A DNA stretch of 16,733 bases from a virus (lineage: Duplodnaviria; Heunggongvirae; Uroviricota; Caudoviricetes), in the IMG/VR virus record IMGVR_UViG_2974603165_000001, positions 130,589-147,321 of that record; one strand, written 5' to 3'. The notes under the pieces are model-generated. The model was given only the letters and a program-made list of their open reading frames with translations. It made no database searches and was not told where the DNA came from. The position numbers and the translations under genes are program-made. The first letter of the stretch is position 1. The number at the start of each line of letters is the position of its first letter. This document shows positions 13,364 through 16,733 of this stretch, piece by piece.

Positions 13364-13528
13364 TCACTTCTTGTCGTCGGTGTGAAGAATGTACCGGAAA
13401 TATGCGCTGTTACGCTTGGCCTTCATGTCCCAGGTAAACGGCAAGTCTCCCAGTACGTACCAAGAAGCAACGTGAGCATACTCCCAGAACTTCCACAACG
13501 CTTTGTCAATCTTACGCTGTAAGCTCAT
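13364..13528 (-). CDS. Hypothetical protein, 54 aa (MSLQRKIDKALWKFWEYAH…)
   Basis: Hand-translated and not in the ORF track; AGGAG RBS. Confidence 0.75.
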   Translation of the reverse strand: MSLQRKIDKALWKFWEYAHVASWYVLGDLPFTWDMKAKRNSAYFRYILHTDDKK

Positions 13529-13539
13529 GGGGTCTCCTG

Positions 13540-13725
13540 TTAATATTGTTGTTCGACTGTGACCGTAACCCGCCCTTCTGCAAGATTGTGGGTAACTTCG
13601 GTCACGACATAAAGCCGACTATCGAATGATACAAGCTCCCCTTTCCGGGGGAGTTGGTAAGTGGCATTCGCTTGGATGGATTGTAGTTCACCACGCCAGT
13701 CGGCGTCAACCACTTTAATCAGCAT
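13540..13725 (-). CDS. Hypothetical protein, 61 aa (start MLIKVV)
   Basis: CAGGAGG RBS before ATG 13725. Confidence 0.75.
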   Translation of the reverse strand: MLIKVVDADWRGELQSIQANATYQLPRKGELVSFDSRLYVVTEVTHNLAEGRVTVTVEQQY

Positions 13726-14029
13726 TCGGGCCTCCTGCCTGTTGGATTGCCCATTTGCAGCGGTCTTCCCATCCAATGATGTTGGACACAGCGCCCTGGA
13801 CATTGACCCCATCCTGCATTGCGGCTTGCACTTGCTCTACAGCCTGCATGTAGCCCACCAGACACTTGTACAGTTCCGGGGCTGCTGCGATCAGTTTGGC
13901 ATTGGCCTGAGCCTGTTCGTAAGTTTCACCAGAAACGCGATTACAGATCTTGATGTTCATCATCGGAACATCTCCGACTTCTACACCAGAAGCCCACCAC
14001 TCACCGGGTGTGATATCTTCAAAAGCCAT
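13715..14029 (-). CDS. Phage protein with TPGxW…ANAKLIAAAPEL motif, 104 aa
   Basis: The motif pair is typical of a widespread small phage domain of unknown function. Confidence 0.8.
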   Translation of the reverse strand: MAFEDITPGEWWASGVEVGDVPMMNIKICNRVSGETYEQAQANAKLIAAAPELYKCLVGYMQAVEQVQAAMQDGVNVQGAVSNIIGWEDRCKWAIQQAGGPNAD

Positions 14030-14216
14030 ATAAAGCTCCTTTGATTACCAGAGTTCTGGGACTGATCTCTTCGTAGTGACATTTAAGCACCTTGAATCTC
14101 CAGCGGTTAACCTGCATGTTGGAGCCGATATCCGGTTCTTGACCGTTAGAGTCTTCGTACTCATAACGGATCAGATTACCATCCGGCGCGGTAAGCTCTA
14201 AACGAACCTTAGTCAT
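14019..14216 (-). CDS. Hypothetical protein, ~65 aa (start MTKVRL, or 14225)
   Basis: Short overlaps with both neighbours; exact start uncertain. Confidence 0.65.
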   Translation of the reverse strand: MTKVRLELTAPDGNLIRYEYEDSNGQEPDIGSNMQVNRWRFKVLKCHYEEISPRTLVIKGALYGF

Positions 14217-14409
14217 TGTCGTCATCTTCTTCGTCCTCATCTGGGATGTTTTTAGAGAGGCAATGATAACACTGATCGTAGAGATCATTCAAGAACTCAT
14301 CGCAATGATTTGAGGTGATATCCACACCGTACTCTTTAGCCTTTGCAATGAAGGCATCACGTAGGATAGGATAGACCTTTTCCGGGTGCATCTTGGTTTT
14401 ATCACTCAT
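14209..14409 (-). CDS. Hypothetical protein, 66 aa, acidic tail
   Basis: ATGA overlap with the upstream gene; ends DEDEEDDDND. Confidence 0.75.
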   Translation of the reverse strand: MSDKTKMHPEKVYPILRDAFIAKAKEYGVDITSNHCDEFLNDLYDQCYHCLSKNIPDEDEEDDDND

Positions 14410-14825
14410 TTTAATCTCTCCGAGATGTTGTTGAGTTTACGTGCAGCCTCACGCAGGGTACTGGTCATCTTTTGGATTTCCTCTACCCGGTCGCTACGTT
14501 TAATGCCTTGAACAATCCCCTCAAGCTGTTGCTGTACTGGGATAAGCACGGGCATGTCATCAATCCAGATGTCTGGAATCCAACCATGAATGGCAGTTAT
14601 TTGGGCCTTCTGGAAGTAATTGCAAAAGATTATTTGGATGCCCAGCTTCTCAGCCGCTGCCCGGATGTCAGAATTGCCAGGAGCATTTTCATAACGGTAA
14701 GTTACGAAACGCACTTCGCAACCGTGAGACTCCATCAGTGGAACGATTAAGTTCCACATGTCAGGATGGACGGTGTAAGTCTCATCGAAGTCCAAAGCGA
14801 TTTTGGTATTAGTCCAAGGCTTCAT
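14406..14825 (-). CDS. HAD-superfamily phosphatase-like protein, 139 aa
   Basis: Motif I IALDFDET (DxDxT), FVT motif II, K and IWIDD motif IV. Confidence 0.75.
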   Translation of the reverse strand: MKPWTNTKIALDFDETYTVHPDMWNLIVPLMESHGCEVRFVTYRYENAPGNSDIRAAAEKLGIQIIFCNYFQKAQITAIHGWIPDIWIDDMPVLIPVQQQLEGIVQGIKRSDRVEEIQKMTSTLREAARKLNNISERLK

Positions 14826-15022
14826 GGTTCAATCCTTGCAAGGCAAGCAGGCTCACGGAAGCAATGGAGAAGATCCGTGAATCTTGGTTGGTCGATATAG
14901 CGAATCTTTACACGGGATTCGGTGAAGGCGATCACCTCCCCTTTGAGGAGGGTTCGATAGTTTGACTCGACGAAGGCAACAATGTCACCGACCTTGAGAT
15001 CTTTTCCAGAGAAATCTCTCAT
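14822..15022 (-). CDS. Hypothetical protein, 66 aa (start MRDFSGKDLKVGDIVAF)
   Basis: ATGA overlap with the upstream stop; 'LKVGDIV' beta-barrel-like phage motif. Confidence 0.75.
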   Translation of the reverse strand: MRDFSGKDLKVGDIVAFVESNYRTLLKGEVIAFTESRVKIRYIDQPRFTDLLHCFREPACLARIEP

Positions 15023-15348
15023 TGCTTCATTTCCTCCGCTATGCCGTCCCACTTGAGACATTTGTGGTCAACCCAGAGTTCGATCTCTTTCTTAACCGCT
15101 GATAAGTTGATCAGCTTCTCACTGATACCGAGGTCTGCCAATCTTTTAACCTCAAGCATGTAAGCCAGATCCACAACGCAGTTCAGAACATCAGCAATCT
15201 CACCGATAGCTGGTTCGTCACAACGCCAAGGGCGGTTCAATGCTCGTGACAGTTCACCTACTTCCTCCACCAGATTCTTAAAGACAGAATCGACAGACCG
15301 GGCTTGCGCCCGGACTGAGGAGGAGAGGATGCGATCAATCGCTTCCAT
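15019..15348 (-). CDS. MazG-like NTP pyrophosphohydrolase, 109 aa
   Basis: LVEEVGELS…IGEIADV matches the EExxE…ExxD MazG signature. Confidence 0.75.
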   Translation of the reverse strand: MEAIDRILSSSVRAQARSVDSVFKNLVEEVGELSRALNRPWRCDEPAIGEIADVLNCVVDLAYMLEVKRLADLGISEKLINLSAVKKEIELWVDHKCLKWDGIAEEMKQ

Positions 15349-15974
15349 TATTTCTCCTGTTTAGTTTCTGTTTTGGCCTTGGCTGCTTCATCAGCATCCA
15401 GTTCACTGCTGTACTTCTTGATGGCTTTGTTCAGGAAGTCAATCGCATTGCCAGCGGTCTCACGAACTTCCGGGGTTTCCACCACCGTCTGACCTACGTA
15501 TGCTGCCAGCATTTTGTATGCGGTGTCCTTAGACGGCATGAAGTTAGCGTAAGCGATGCCCATCAGGAAGATGAACGCAAAGCCAGCAACGATACGACGC
15601 AAAGGTTTCAGCAGGTCACGGAACGGAGGAGCCTGGTCATCCGGTAAAGCTACCTGGTGAATATTCCCCGCAGCAAGCCAGTTTGAGGTGTGACCGTTAG
15701 GATAACGGATTTTCACAGTCTCGTCACTACGATCCACATTGGTGATTACGATCTTCTCACCAGCAGTCAGGTCGTCGAAGTCTTTAGCCAGGGTGACCAC
15801 TTTACCGACATGCAGGTTGATGGTCTTTTTGTCCGCTTCTTCTGCTTCCATCATCCGAGCGATCCACAGACCGACATAGACGATGGTGGTGAAGAAGAGC
15901 AGGAAGCCGAAGCCGCCGTATTTTCCGTCAGTTGACAGAACGTCGATTGCGTATACTAAGAAGGCCCATGACAT
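15348..15974 (-). CDS. Putative membrane protein, 208 aa
   Basis: Hydrophobic stretches near both ends flanking a soluble beta-rich insert. Confidence 0.8.
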   Translation of the reverse strand: MSWAFLVYAIDVLSTDGKYGGFGFLLFFTTIVYVGLWIARMMEAEEADKKTINLHVGKVVTLAKDFDDLTAGEKIVITNVDRSDETVKIRYPNGHTSNWLAAGNIHQVALPDDQAPPFRDLLKPLRRIVAGFAFIFLMGIAYANFMPSKDTAYKMLAAYVGQTVVETPEVRETAGNAIDFLNKAIKKYSSELDADEAAKAKTETKQEK

Positions 15975-15989
15975 AGTGTGTTCTCCCGA

Positions 15990-16235
15990 TTAAAGTGAGT
16001 TAGTGATTTGTGGAGCAATGAATTGCAGATCTTCAAAGCGAAGAACCACGATACGGTTACCCACCATCGGGCAGTTGGTCACGAAGACAGTGTTATCACC
16101 ATCGAGACCAACATCAACGATACGGAAGCCCTCAGATGCGTTCAACGCTGCTGCTGCTTCAATACCTTCTTGAGTACCTTCGGCCTCACCAGATTTGGTC
16201 ATACCTGCTTTATCTTTCACATAAAAGATGGTCAT
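15990..16235 (-). CDS. Hypothetical protein, 81 aa
   Basis: AGGAG RBS; in the operon run. Confidence 0.8.
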   Translation of the reverse strand: MTIFYVKDKAGMTKSGEAEGTQEGIEAAAALNASEGFRIVDVGLDGDNTVFVTNCPMVGNRIVVLRFEDLQFIAPQITNSL

Positions 16236-16289
16236 TACGTTCTCCTTCTGAGATTGTTTGGTCAGCGTTATCGCTGGTGTGTGAGTAGA

Positions 16290-16514
16290 TTACTTCTTAC
16301 GTTTCTTTGCGTCAAGCTCTTTTTTAAATTGTTTTGCATATCCTTGGCGCATCTTCCAGATCTCTTCGTGCTGGGTTTCGTACTCCCAGTAACGTTTACG
16401 CTTACGGTAATACTTGTAGACCACATAGGTCTCACCACCATCCTGGAACTCAGTAACACGGTGGAACAGTCTACCAAACGGCCCTACTTCTTTGAACTGC
16501 TTGTTGAGTTTCAT
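16290..16514 (-). CDS. Basic hypothetical protein, 74 aa (start MKLNKQ)
   Basis: GGAGG RBS before ATG 16514. The ATG at 16592 is upstream of the predicted +1. Confidence 0.75.
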   Translation of the reverse strand: MKLNKQFKEVGPFGRLFHRVTEFQDGGETYVVYKYYRKRKRYWEYETQHEEIWKMRQGYAKQFKKELDAKKRKK

Positions 16515-16592
16515 CGCGCCCCCTCCGACTCTCGGTTGATCCTCGTGACATCTTGCCACATTTCTGACGCGCTGTCGCTTGTCTTCCCACAT

Positions 16593-16620
16593 AGACTAAC
16601 ACATCACGCTACGCTGTCAA
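16593..16620 (-). promoter_or_regulatory. Sigma70-like promoter (extended -10)
   Basis: TTGACA-16-TAGTCT with TGn; T-rich UP-like tract upstream. Confidence 0.55.
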
Positions 16621-16733
16621 CCCACAAAAACAAAAAGAAGATCCCCTTAAAGATCCTTTGACCTATGAGGAGATCATCCCGGCCAGGGATGAACGACGAA
16701 TAAAGTTAGGGTTTGTTTATTTATTAATGTATT

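Noticed and set aside
337-16661. Plus-strand ORFs (337-807, 791-1336, 5078-5404, 7948-8256, 13661-14044, 16008-16661 and others)
   Set aside because: They are antisense shadows of well-supported minus-strand genes, with no RBS or promoter and no protein-like motifs.
16674-16692. TCATCCC-GGCCA-GGGATGA hairpin as a terminator
   Set aside because: No U-tract on either strand, and the context is truncated by the window end.
1-16733. tRNA, rRNA, integrase, transposase or structural genes
   Set aside because: No cloverleaf with T-loop/CCA and no recognisable motifs were found by eye.

Overview
The window looks like part of a lytic tailed-phage genome, probably infecting Enterobacterales; a Vequintavirinae/rV5-like affinity is my low-confidence impression, not a search result. 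Nearly all genes are small, hypothetical and on the minus strand. Layout: (i) 1-1780, a Cys-rich putative homing endonuclease plus small ORFs between convergent terminators; (ii) ~1780-3100, a 1.3 kb non-coding tract with nested inverted repeats; (iii) 3141-11486, an early/host-takeover-type island of ~20 small genes with 16 sigma70-like promoters, many built as a repeated promoter + CACATC + GC hairpin + RBS cassette, and enriched in GATC; (iv) 11540-12400, a non-coding tract with two divergent promoters, a perfect Fur-box-like palindrome and three ~72-76 bp tandem units; (v) 12408-16733, a conventional overlapping-gene operon with HAD-like and MazG-like genes. The most interesting signals are non-coding: two apparently paralogous ~80 nt promoter-driven units ending in Fur-box-like sites, a 215 bp multi-branched fold closed by a perfect 21 bp stem, and terminators carrying the next promoter's -35 box in their loop. 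All counts and coordinates were read by hand. No tRNA, rRNA or CRISPR array was seen.
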